DNA of 64,000 nt from Salinivirgaceae bacterium (GTDB lineage: Bacteria > Bacteroidota > Bacteroidia > Bacteroidales > SZUA-534): positions 32,001-96,000 of the forward strand of contig JAKSOL010000009.1 of the NCBI GenBank assembly GCA_024405635.1, read 5' to 3'. The notes under the pieces were generated by a model. It ran no database searches and was not told where the DNA came from. It saw nothing but the letters and a program-made list of their open reading frames with translations. Numbering within the stretch: position 1 is the first letter of the stretch; every line of letters starts with the position of its first letter. A program made the position numbers and the translations under genes. Positions 29,349 to 38,848 of the stretch are shown here, one piece after another.

Positions 29349-30171
29349 TTGTCATAAAAATATAATCGTTCAACCTATCGGGGCAAACAACTGTAACTGA
29401 GTCGTTTATGTCAACGTTTATCAGTCGGGCCAAGTTGTCGTGTTTTATGCCAATTTCAATCAAGCCAAGCTTATTTACAAGAGCAAACATTTCGCCCGAC
29501 TTGACGTTGCTATAGAGTTTTGACACATGGTTAACGTCAAAACCAACGGCTTTATTAATCATCAATTTGCAATTTTCAATCACAAAACCACAATTGACGA
29601 GTGTTTCGCAAGTAATGTTTGTAAAAATATTGCCATACGAGTCAATATGAATGATGCTTGCCGATATGCGTTCGCCATCAAAAGCTGGCATAAATCCGCG
29701 CCAATCAATTTCGGAGGTTATGTCGGTTCCAAGTTCTTCAATGTTGTAACCATTTGACAGCATAATGGCTGTGCTAGCAATAACATCAAAATCAGGAAAA
29801 GTTGAATTCATCATGTCGTCGTCAAAAACCTCAATACGCACAATGCGTTCGGGCCGACTACTGAAAATTGCGCGAATGGCAGCCATGCCGCAGGCGATAA
29901 AAAACTGACCTTTTTCCATAACGCACAAAGGCTGTTTGTCGGCAGTTATTTCGGTATTGACGCAAATAAGATGAATGGTTCCCTCTTGGTAGTATTTATA
30001 GCAGCCACGCAAAACCAATCCGGCTGTGCTATCGTGAAAACTTTTAATGCTGTTTGTTATTTCAACAACCTGAATATCTGAGCAATACGAATACAATTGA
30101 CCTTTTATGGCTCCTGCATAATAGTCGCCACCGTTCCAGTCTGATGTAAGCGTAATTGTTCTCATTTGCAC
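29341..30171 (-). CDS. SAM hydrolase/halogenase-fold (DUF62) protein, divergent
   Basis: ITLTSDW, G..KG, ID.YGN..TNI and N..G.IEI motifs. Confidence 0.75.
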   Translation of the reverse strand: MQMRTITLTSDWNGGDYYAGAIKGQLYSYCSDIQVVEITNSIKSFHDSTAGLVLRGCYKYYQEGTIHLICVNTEITADKQPLCVMEKGQFFIACGMAAIRAIFSSRPERIVRIEVFDDDMMNSTFPDFDVIASTAIMLSNGYNIEELGTDITSEIDWRGFMPAFDGERISASIIHIDSYGNIFTNITCETLVNCGFVIENCKLMINKAVGFDVNHVSKLYSNVKSGEMFALVNKLGLIEIGIKHDNLARLINVDINDSVTVVCPDRLNDYIFMTNE

Positions 30172-30226
30172 ATTATAGTAGTGGCAAATATACTACTTAC
30201 AAACTAGCAAAACCAAAGCAAAATAC

Positions 30227-31024
30227 TCAAACGGATTTCTTGGCAGCCAACTCTCTTTTTGCAAACCGATATTGATACATGATTTTTGCCGAACCCAATG
30301 TTACAAAGTATTGCAGTACAGCCAATAGCAAGCCAACCACAATGAATCCCCAAAACAAGAAATTTGGTTTCAACATTATGCCCGAAATTGAGAAAAGATA
30401 ATCGGATATATTAGCTAAATCGCTAAACATCAACAATATGCCTATAGCCTGAATTACCAACAACGTAACCGAGGTAAAAATAGCTACTTGGGTTGATGCA
30501 GCATAAGCCCGTTTTTTTGTTAATCCAGGACTTAAATACCTAAACGACACATAGTTACCAGCTACTATACCAAGAAAAACATTGGCAAAAGGCAAACCCA
30601 TAGCCAATCCCATAAGAAACACCGAAACGTAAACGTAAATGATGCCTAAAATCCATTTGTTTACTGTAAAAAACGGGCTTCCTGCAAGCAACGACCAATC
30701 TATTAATACTCCAACTACAAAACCTGCAGTACCTATAAGCAATACTCCAATTGGAGGAAAAAAAAGCGAAGCTATAGCAACTGTTATAAAAGTTGTGAAA
30801 AATGGAGCAAGAGCCCAATAGAAGAAAATTGAGAATAGTTTAGGAAAATAGCAAACCACGTCGAGTAACACACCTAGAGCAACACCCATTGCTGCCACTC
30901 GCCACGATGGCACATCGTTTCCGTTATACAAACGCAAATTCCACACAGCAACCCCACAAACCACTGGCAACACAAGTGCCAACAGCAGTACTTTAAGCCT
31001 CAACTTCCATCCTATTGTTTGCAT
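30227..31024 (-). CDS. Hypothetical multi-pass membrane protein
   Basis: About 7-8 hydrophobic segments, no recognised motif. Start codon uncertain. Confidence 0.6.
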   Translation of the reverse strand: MQTIGWKLRLKVLLLALVLPVVCGVAVWNLRLYNGNDVPSWRVAAMGVALGVLLDVVCYFPKLFSIFFYWALAPFFTTFITVAIASLFFPPIGVLLIGTAGFVVGVLIDWSLLAGSPFFTVNKWILGIIYVYVSVFLMGLAMGLPFANVFLGIVAGNYVSFRYLSPGLTKKRAYAASTQVAIFTSVTLLVIQAIGILLMFSDLANISDYLFSISGIMLKPNFLFWGFIVVGLLLAVLQYFVTLGSAKIMYQYRFAKRELAAKKSV

Positions 31025-31108
31025 TTTTTAACAATCTAACGAGCCACAAAAATAAAAGCATTTGCACCATTTTTAATACTTTCGCAACTCACTTAACACA
31101 AAAGAAAT

Positions 31109-31480
31109 ATGACAATTGGAACTTTTATCGGACTAATACTTATTGGTATTGTAACTGGTGCATTATCAGGCATTTTAGGAATTGGAGGCGGGATTGTAAT
31201 GATTCCCGCAATGGTTTATTTTCTTGGATTTTCGCAACAAGAATCGGCCGCCACTAGTTTGGCCATTATGCTTCCTCCTATCAGTATTTTTGCAGTAATG
31301 AACTATTGGAAAGCTGGCATGGTTAACATTAAAGTTGCTTTGATAATGATGACCGCCTTTATGATTGGTAGTTATTACTCATCAAAATTGGCCATTATAC
31401 TTCCCGAGCATTACATTAAGAAAGGCTTTGCCATTTTATTGGCTTTCACCGCAGTACGAATGTTTCTTGATAATAAATAG
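31109..31480 (+). CDS. TauE/SafE (TSUP) family transporter, single-repeat form
   Basis: G.LSG.LGIGGG...IP and A.ATSL motifs in 123 aa. Confidence 0.85.
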   Translation: MTIGTFIGLILIGIVTGALSGILGIGGGIVMIPAMVYFLGFSQQESAATSLAIMLPPISIFAVMNYWKAGMVNIKVALIMMTAFMIGSYYSSKLAIILPEHYIKKGFAILLAFTAVRMFLDNK

Positions 31481-31517
31481 TGCGTTTACACCGCATTATT
31501 TGTTTTGATATGAAAAT

Positions 31518-31632
31518 AAAAAAAGCGAGACGGAAAACCGTCACGCCCCAAACCATTTATATGAAAAAAAACTATCTCCGAAGAAACTCTTTAGGGAACC
31601 TTAACTTTACGTTTCGTATCCCCTTGTTTTCT
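31518..31632 (-). ncRNA. Candidate small regulatory RNA of about 115 nt
   Basis: TATATTTG -7 box at 31637-31644, a 5' hairpin, a C(UUCG)G tetraloop hairpin, a single-stranded U8-CAU segment and an intrinsic terminator GCG.GACGG-tttt-CCGTC.CGC-T7. Confidence 0.65.
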
Positions 31633-31806
31633 GAGACAAATATACGGCGACATTAAACACCCACCTATAAAAGATTTATACGCTAACGTTTGCATAAATT
31701 CTATTTAACAATAATCTTTTAGCAAAACCCACTGATTTGCAAGTAGTTGCACTAATGCAAACGTGCGCATAAAAAGTTGCATAAACCAAAACGAAAAACA
31801 TACAAA

Positions 31807-32208
31807 ATGAGCACACCATTTGAATTAACCATGAAAGTACGCGACTACGAGTGCGATATGGAAGGCATTGTGAACAACGCAGTGTACCAAAACTACCTTG
31901 AGCATACACGTCACGAAATGATTTTGTCGCGTGGCATAAGTTTTGCCGAACTTGTTGAACAACAAATACATGTTGTAGTTGCACGCGCCGACATTCGCTA
32001 CAAATCGCCTTTGCGTAGCCGCGACGAATTTGTTGTTACTTGCAGCGCCAGAGTTGAAGGTTTGAAAATATTTTTTGATCAAGAAGTGCGACAACTACCC
32101 GACCGCAAACTTTGCGTTCAAGCAACTTTCACTTGCGCAGCTTTGGTAAATGGTCGGTTGGCAGCAATTCCTGAGCTAACCAACAAACTAATTGATGTCG
32201 CTGATTGA
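31807..32208 (+). CDS. Acyl-CoA thioesterase (YbgC/4HBT family)
   Basis: VRDYECD..GIVNNA.Y..YLE..R motif. Confidence 0.9.
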   Translation: MSTPFELTMKVRDYECDMEGIVNNAVYQNYLEHTRHEMILSRGISFAELVEQQIHVVVARADIRYKSPLRSRDEFVVTCSARVEGLKIFFDQEVRQLPDRKLCVQATFTCAALVNGRLAAIPELTNKLIDVAD

Positions 32209-32848
32209 CATACATACACACTCGCCCAAGGACTGTATTTGTTTGGTTAACCACAACAATTGGGAAACCGAGCCTGCACTTCCGTTTTGTTCGGCTGGAA
32301 TTCATCCGTGGGACATTGATAAAACCGACATTGACCTTGCCTTAAAACAACTTGACCTTTGGGCAAAAAAAGGAACCATTGCCGCCATTGGCGAAATTGG
32401 CATTGACCACTGCATAAAAACATCAACACAGTTGCAACTTGATGTCTTTTTACGTCAAGCTGAAATTGCTAATCAATACAAATTGCCTTGCATAATTCAT
32501 TGTGTTAAAGCTTATTCCGATTTTGAATCGATACTAAAACAAAATCCAGCACACACACCTTGGATTTTTCACGGATTTGCATCATCGACGCAAATGGCAA
32601 GCAGCATTACTCAAAAAGGATGTTACATTTCAATTGGACATAAAGTTCTAAAAAACACCAACTTACAAAACGTAATTAAACACATACAACACAACAAATT
32701 GTTTTTTGAAACCGACGAAAGCGCAACAAACATCAAAGAGATTTACAACCTTTGCGCTCAGTTGCTCGAAATTAGCATTGACCAACTTGAAGAAATAATT
32801 TACAACAACCTACAAACTGTATTCGGCAATGGAAAGAAATTGGCTTGA
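32195..32848 (+). CDS. TatD-family hydrolase
   Basis: D.HTH, GIHPW, GEIG.D, HCV, HGF and ETD motifs. Confidence 0.9.
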   Translation: MSLIDIHTHSPKDCICLVNHNNWETEPALPFCSAGIHPWDIDKTDIDLALKQLDLWAKKGTIAAIGEIGIDHCIKTSTQLQLDVFLRQAEIANQYKLPCIIHCVKAYSDFESILKQNPAHTPWIFHGFASSTQMASSITQKGCYISIGHKVLKNTNLQNVIKHIQHNKLFFETDESATNIKEIYNLCAQLLEISIDQLEEIIYNNLQTVFGNGKKLA

Positions 32849-33554
32849 ACGCACCGAATTGTTAATTGGCAAAGAAAAACTGCAAGCGTTAACAACTAAG
32901 CACGTTTTAATTGTAGGTCTTGGCGGTGTTGGTGCCTATGCAGCCGAAAGCATTACACGCGCTGGCATTGGCGAACTTACCATTGTTGACGGCGACAGCC
33001 TTAACATCAGCAATATAAACCGACAATTGCCCGCACTGCATAGCACCATTGGTATGCCCAAAGCCGAAGTTATGGCAAACCGATTGCGTGATATTAATCC
33101 CGAATTGAAACTCCACGTAATAAACTCGTATATAAAAGACGACGAAATGATTGACCTGCTCAACAACAAATACGACTATGTTGTTGATGCAATTGACACA
33201 ATTTCGCCAAAACTTTTCCTAATAATACACTGTGTAAACCGCAACCTACCCATTGTAAGTTGCATGGGCGCAGGCGGTCGCCTAAATCCCGCTTTGGTTC
33301 AAGTGGCCGACATAAGCAAAAGCTACAACTGCACACTTGCCCGCGCCATTCGCAAGCGATTGCATCAACACGGAATAAACAAAGGCATAAGAGTTGTATT
33401 CTCGTCGGAAAAGGTTGACAAAGCCGTTGTGCAAGAGGTTGAAAACGAACAAAACAAGAAAACAACCGTTGGCACCATTTCGTACATGACGGCAATATTT
33501 GGATTGTATTGCGCAGCCGAGGTAATTCAGAATTTGCTTGCCTCTGAAAATTAG
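32829..33554 (+). CDS. tcdA: tRNA threonylcarbamoyladenosine dehydratase (ThiF family)
   Basis: GLGGVG, D.D....SN.NRQ, DAID and MGAG motifs. Confidence 0.88.
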   Translation: MERNWLERTELLIGKEKLQALTTKHVLIVGLGGVGAYAAESITRAGIGELTIVDGDSLNISNINRQLPALHSTIGMPKAEVMANRLRDINPELKLHVINSYIKDDEMIDLLNNKYDYVVDAIDTISPKLFLIIHCVNRNLPIVSCMGAGGRLNPALVQVADISKSYNCTLARAIRKRLHQHGINKGIRVVFSSEKVDKAVVQEVENEQNKKTTVGTISYMTAIFGLYCAAEVIQNLLASEN

Positions 33555-33559
33555 CAGCA

Positions 33560-34588
33560 CTATCCTTTTTTCTTCTCAAGCAACTCTTTTGTCGATAACA
33601 AACCGCACGCAGCTTGAATATCTTGTCCGCGCGATGCTCGTATTGTTGTAAGCAGTCCACGTGCATTAAGCGCATCTTTAAACTCTTGCATTCGTTGGTC
33701 AGAACTGCCACGGAAAGGGCTGTTTGGAATGTCGTGAAAATGAATAAGATTTACTCTGCAATCAATTCCATTTAGCAATCGCACAAGCTCAGCAACATGC
33801 TTTGGAGTATCGTTTAATCCATCAAACATAATGTACTCAAACGACACGCGGCGCTGAGGTTCAAATTTGTAACCACGAATTTTCTCAATCACTTGCTCAA
33901 TGCCGTATGCTTTTTCAACAGGCATCATCTGGCTTCGTTGCGCAGCAATAGGATTGTGCAAGCTAACAGCCAAGTGGCACTTGCTTTTTTGCAAAAACTC
34001 CATCATTCCCGGAATAACGCCAACAGTTGATACTGTAATACGTTTGGAACTCATTGCATAACCCCAATCCGAAGTTAGCACCTCAAGAGCCGACATTACT
34101 TCAGCTAGATTATCGAATGGTTCGCCCATGCCCATAAAAACAAGGTTCGATACTTGCTCAAACTCATCGATGCTACGAATTTGGTTCAATATTTCGGTGG
34201 CTGTAAGGCTAGCTTGAAAACCTTGCTTGGCTGTCATACAAAAATGGCAACCCATTTTGCATCCAACTTGCGACGACACACAAACCGTGCGGCGATCGTC
34301 GTCGGGAATCATTGCCGTTTCAATAAAATTGTTGTTAAGCGCTGCAAACAAATACTTGCGAGTACCATCAACACTTTGCTGAACTTTCAAATACGGCTGC
34401 AATCCAACTTCGTAATTCAACTTTAGTTTTTCGCGACCTTGTTTTGAAATATTACTGAAATCGTCAATTGAAGTTGCATGTTTTTTATAAAGCCAATCGG
34501 CCATTTGTTTTGCAGCAAACGATGGCAGTCCAACTTGCACTGCCACTTCCTTCAGTTGATTAAGAGTAAAGCCAAAAAGCGATTGCAT
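33560..34588 (-). CDS. rlmN: 23S rRNA (A2503-C2)/tRNA methyltransferase RlmN
   Basis: CVSSQVGCKMGCHFC, FMGMGEP and G.DI.AACG.L motifs. Confidence 0.95.
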   Translation of the reverse strand: MQSLFGFTLNQLKEVAVQVGLPSFAAKQMADWLYKKHATSIDDFSNISKQGREKLKLNYEVGLQPYLKVQQSVDGTRKYLFAALNNNFIETAMIPDDDRRTVCVSSQVGCKMGCHFCMTAKQGFQASLTATEILNQIRSIDEFEQVSNLVFMGMGEPFDNLAEVMSALEVLTSDWGYAMSSKRITVSTVGVIPGMMEFLQKSKCHLAVSLHNPIAAQRSQMMPVEKAYGIEQVIEKIRGYKFEPQRRVSFEYIMFDGLNDTPKHVAELVRLLNGIDCRVNLIHFHDIPNSPFRGSSDQRMQEFKDALNARGLLTTIRASRGQDIQAACGLLSTKELLEKKKG

Positions 34589-34769
34589 AATGCCATTTTT
34601 AGTGTGGCACAAAAGTAAACTTTATTTTGCCTTTGCACATGCATTACTAAGTTGGTGTTTTAGTTTGCTTTATCGGCAGCATCTGAGTGGTTGTGTGGGC
34701 ATTTTTTCTATTTTAGGCGAAAAAACTCCACATTGAGTTTTGTTGTTGAAAACGATGTTTTACCAACTT

Positions 34770-37700
34770 ATGAAAAAATTATTGCTGATAGCGGCCACTC
34801 TACTTGCAATTGCTTGTCATGGCCAGACATATAAATTATTTACTGCCAATAACGAACTGACAAACAGCATAGTAAATTGCATACTGCAAGACAGTTTTGG
34901 CAAGATATGGATAGCAACCGAAAGCGGACTAAACTGCTACGATGGAAATAAATTTATCCATTTTACCCACTCAGAAGATAGTAATTCGCTATGCAACAAC
35001 AATGTTCAAGTGGTTTACGAGGATCAATACGGGCGTTTGCTTATTGGCACACAACGCGGTTTGCAAATTCTTGACCGCAAAACAAACAAGTTCACAAATG
35101 TTGGAACCCGACAGGTTTACAACAACTCAAACAACACAAATCCAAGCATACACGTAACTAGCATCATTGAACGCAAAAACGGCGAGATTTTAGTTGCCAC
35201 TTCGGGCTATGGTTTGTTTGTACTAACCAACGACAACGGTACACCTATAAACCGCAGTTACGCTCCGCAACAAACCCCAACAATGTTTTTAAGCAAACTA
35301 TTTGAAGACCGCCATAAAAACATTTGGATAGCAACCGAAGGAAAAGGTCTTTTTAGATTTGGAGCAAACGGCGGACAAAAAGCATTTTTTACCGACAACG
35401 AAAATGTTTGGCAATCAATAACCAACATTATAGAAGATAAAAATGGGAATCTTTATGTAGGAGCAAACGGATTGTATAGGCTCAACTCAAAAACCGATGA
35501 ATTTGACGAAGTTACAGGCGACAAAAAAACTCCTATTAAATCCATATTCCTATCGGATAGCTTAATATACTTGGGCACTATAGGTCACGGACTAAAGATT
35601 TTTAACATAAACACACAAAAGCTACTGCGCGATAAAATAAACGTTACCGCCTTTGACTTTTACAAATCGGAAATAAGTTGCATAACCCGCGACCGCAACG
35701 GCAGCATTTGGCTAGGCATTGATACAAAAGGCGCCATGGTTTTGCCTGAAGAAACTTCGGGATTTGGTTACATTGGATATCAGTCAAGATCTCGTAACAT
35801 TATTGGATCAAACAGCGTGATGTCGGTTCTTAAATCAACCGATGGCACGCTTTGGGTTGGAACAGCCAACGATGGGTTATACAGAATTTCTGTCAACCGA
35901 AAAGTTACACACTACGAACCTTCAGCAACTATGCCATCAACCATTTTGGCAATATTTGAAGATAGCCGGCACAGGCTTTGGCTTGGCTCGTTGCAAGATG
36001 GTGCCGTTAGGTTTGATACTAACACTGGACTCACAAAACGCATCAATCTGCGCGACAACAAGAACAATAACGTACGCCACGTGCCTCATTTTGCCGAGTA
36101 CAACAACCAAATATTCATTAACGTTGTTGGCGGTGGTTTGTATTCTGTTAATATGCTAACTGACGAAATTTACTGCTATCCAACCGTTAAAAATGGCTAC
36201 GAGTTTCGTCGAAACCTCAACATTTTACCAAACCGATGGATTCAAACCACTATGGTTTCAAGCAGCGGAAAACTATACATTGGTACTTTTGACGGGCTTG
36301 GCTGCCTCGACATCAATTCAAACAATTTTGTTTCAACTTATGGTGTAAATAGCTTGTTTGCTGAAAACATAGTAAACTCTCTTTACGAGGACAAGAGCGG
36401 AATAATTTGGGTAGGCACCAACAACGGCATTATTCGTTTGAACGAAAAAAACGGTGAGTATCATCGATTTACAACTGCCGACGGGTTGCCAAACGACAAA
36501 ATATGCGCCATTACGGGCGATGCCAACAACAACCTATGGATTAGTACCGCAAACGGATTATCGTGCTTTTCAATTGAAAACGAAACATTTGTAAACTACT
36601 TTGCTGGCGACGGCTTGCAAGGCAACGAATTTAGCACTGGAGCTGTAACCACATGGGGCAACCAAATTCTATTTGGCGGCACAAACGGCATTTCGTTTTT
36701 TGAACCCAAACAAATTACCGAATACGAGAAAAAGCCTGACGTAACAATTGTTGATTTTTACATTAACAATCAGCCTGTTATGATTGGAACCAAATCGGGC
36801 CGACACAATGTGATAAATACTTACGTTCAGCAAGCCGACACTTTTATGCTCAACTACCAAGACAATAGTTTTAGCATCGAATTTTCGGCTATGGATTTTT
36901 GCCACCCCGACCGCATCTTGTACCAATACTCGCTAAACAATGGCGATTGGATTAAACTACGTCAAGGCGAAAGCCGCGCACAATTTACTGGCATGGCGCC
37001 TGGAGTTTACTCTTTCAAAGTCAAAGCTGTTGATTACGGAAACGAGTCCGATGTTCGCCAAATAACCGTCATCATATCGCCAGCTTGGTACAAGTCAACT
37101 CTTGCTATTTTGCTTTACTGCTTAGCATTTATTGCAATTGTAATATTCACCATCAAAGGAATAAACCAAAGACACAAAGTGCAATTGCAAATACAAGAGC
37201 ACATTCACACCAAGCAAATTGACGAGGCTAAGTTGCAGTTCTTTATAAACATTTCGCACGAAATACGCACACCAATGTCGTTGGTTATGAGCCCATTGCA
37301 AACGCTTATGAGTTCCGACACATCGCCCGAGCATCAACGTTTGTACAAAGTTATTTACCGCAACTCGCAACGCATTTTACGACTCATAAACCAACTTATG
37401 GACTTGCGCAAAATTGACAAGGGACAAATGGCCTTAATTTTTCGCGAAACGGAAATGGTTGGCTTTTTGCAAGACCTTTGCGACATTTTTGAACAACAAG
37501 CCGAAGACAAAAACATTGACTTTAGCTTTCAACACAGCATGCCCGAACTCAATACTTGGGTCGATAGCGGAAACTTTGACAAAATTGTGCTGAACCTTAT
37601 TAGCAACGCGCTAAAATACACGCCCGACAATGGCAAAATAACTATTACCCTTAGACAAGGCGAAGACAAAACGGTAAATACACCGTTGAAAAATTACTTT

Positions 37701-38846
37701 GAAATTGAAGTGGCCGACAATGGCATCGGCATAAAAGAAGAAGAACGCGAACACATTTTTGAACGCTTTTACCAGATTAACAACGGCAACAATAGCCACA
37801 TTGGCACTGGCGTTGGTTTACATCTTACACGCTCGCTTGTTGAACTTCACTATGGTACCATATCGGTAGCAGCTGGCGAAAACGGCTGCGGCAGCATTTT
37901 TACTGTGCGCTTGCCACTTGGCAATGCTCACCTACCACAATCGGCCATCGATGCCAACGAGTATGAAAACTCATGGGCTCAAACCGAACAACCTAAATTA
38001 GAACTATCAGCCAACGACAATGATGATACTCAAGAAAACAACTCAACCCGCAAACCTCGTGTGCTGATTGCTGAAGATGACGAAGAAATTCGCAAATACA
38101 TTAGCCACGAATTCGCAAAATTCTACAATGTAATTGAGTGCGAAAACGGTAAAGACGCATTGTCTAGCATTCTTCTCAAAACCCCCGATTTGGTAATAAG
38201 CGACATAATGATGCCTGAAATGGACGGAATTAGCCTATGTCAAAAAATAAAACAAAACATTAACGTTAACCACACTCCTGTTGTTTTGCTTACCGCCAAA
38301 GTTCGCGACGAAGACCGCATGGAAGCAATGGACGCCGACGCCGATGCTTATATAACCAAGCCTTTTAATATTGAAATACTGAAAAAGACAGTTGACAACC
38401 TAATTAGAAACCGCAGGCAGCTGCGCAACGTGTACAGTGGACAACAAACTCAATCCGACAATCAGCAAAATGCTGGAGTTCAAACACCTGACGAAAAATT
38501 GCTTGAACGAGTTTTGAAAGTGATTAACGAAAATTTGAGCAACCCACGACTCAACATTGAAATGATATCGCAACAAGTTGGAATAAGCCGAGTTCACCTA
38601 TACCGAAAAATGAAAGAACTCACCAACCAGTCAACTAGCGACTACATTCGCAATGCTCGCCTTAAAATGGCAGCACAGATGCTTCGACAAAAGAACTACC
38701 CTATTGCCGAAATTGCCGCACTTACTGGATTTAACAACCCAAACAACTTTTCAACCATTTTCAAAGAAATGTACGGAGTTCCACCATCAGTTTACGCCAA
38801 TTCAACCGATACCGACAACTCCAACACAGACGACAAAACAATCTGA
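34770..38846 (+). CDS. Hybrid two-component system sensor-regulator (beta-propeller/Y_Y_Y, HisKA, HATPase, REC, AraC HTH)
   Basis: Reg_prop repeats (D..G.IW..T), NISHEIRTP, NL.SNA.KY, DNG.GI, SDIMMPEMDG and an AraC C-terminus. Confidence 0.95.
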   Translation: MKKLLLIAATLLAIACHGQTYKLFTANNELTNSIVNCILQDSFGKIWIATESGLNCYDGNKFIHFTHSEDSNSLCNNNVQVVYEDQYGRLLIGTQRGLQILDRKTNKFTNVGTRQVYNNSNNTNPSIHVTSIIERKNGEILVATSGYGLFVLTNDNGTPINRSYAPQQTPTMFLSKLFEDRHKNIWIATEGKGLFRFGANGGQKAFFTDNENVWQSITNIIEDKNGNLYVGANGLYRLNSKTDEFDEVTGDKKTPIKSIFLSDSLIYLGTIGHGLKIFNINTQKLLRDKINVTAFDFYKSEISCITRDRNGSIWLGIDTKGAMVLPEETSGFGYIGYQSRSRNIIGSNSVMSVLKSTDGTLWVGTANDGLYRISVNRKVTHYEPSATMPSTILAIFEDSRHRLWLGSLQDGAVRFDTNTGLTKRINLRDNKNNNVRHVPHFAEYNNQIFINVVGGGLYSVNMLTDEIYCYPTVKNGYEFRRNLNILPNRWIQTTMVSSSGKLYIGTFDGLGCLDINSNNFVSTYGVNSLFAENIVNSLYEDKSGIIWVGTNNGIIRLNEKNGEYHRFTTADGLPNDKICAITGDANNNLWISTANGLSCFSIENETFVNYFAGDGLQGNEFSTGAVTTWGNQILFGGTNGISFFEPKQITEYEKKPDVTIVDFYINNQPVMIGTKSGRHNVINTYVQQADTFMLNYQDNSFSIEFSAMDFCHPDRILYQYSLNNGDWIKLRQGESRAQFTGMAPGVYSFKVKAVDYGNESDVRQITVIISPAWYKSTLAILLYCLAFIAIVIFTIKGINQRHKVQLQIQEHIHTKQIDEAKLQFFINISHEIRTPMSLVMSPLQTLMSSDTSPEHQRLYKVIYRNSQRILRLINQLMDLRKIDKGQMALIFRETEMVGFLQDLCDIFEQQAEDKNIDFSFQHSMPELNTWVDSGNFDKIVLNLISNALKYTPDNGKITITLRQGEDKTVNTPLKNYFEIEVADNGIGIKEEEREHIFERFYQINNGNNSHIGTGVGLHLTRSLVELHYGTISVAAGENGCGSIFTVRLPLGNAHLPQSAIDANEYENSWAQTEQPKLELSANDNDDTQENNSTRKPRVLIAEDDEEIRKYISHEFAKFYNVIECENGKDALSSILLKTPDLVISDIMMPEMDGISLCQKIKQNINVNHTPVVLLTAKVRDEDRMEAMDADADAYITKPFNIEILKKTVDNLIRNRRQLRNVYSGQQTQSDNQQNAGVQTPDEKLLERVLKVINENLSNPRLNIEMISQQVGISRVHLYRKMKELTNQSTSDYIRNARLKMAAQMLRQKNYPIAEIAALTGFNNPNNFSTIFKEMYGVPPSVYANSTDTDNSNTDDKTI

Positions 38847-38848
38847 TT

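Noticed and set aside
31561-31656. Plus-strand 31-codon ORF MKKNYLRRNS...
   Set aside because: Promoter, tetraloop and terminator polarity all favour a minus-strand RNA, and the ORF has no signal-peptide core. It is treated as an antisense shadow but not strictly excluded.
31737-31752. TTGCAAGTAGTTGCA, resembling the operator at 2134
   Set aside because: Spacing is one base shorter, the half-site is imperfect and no metal-related gene is adjacent.
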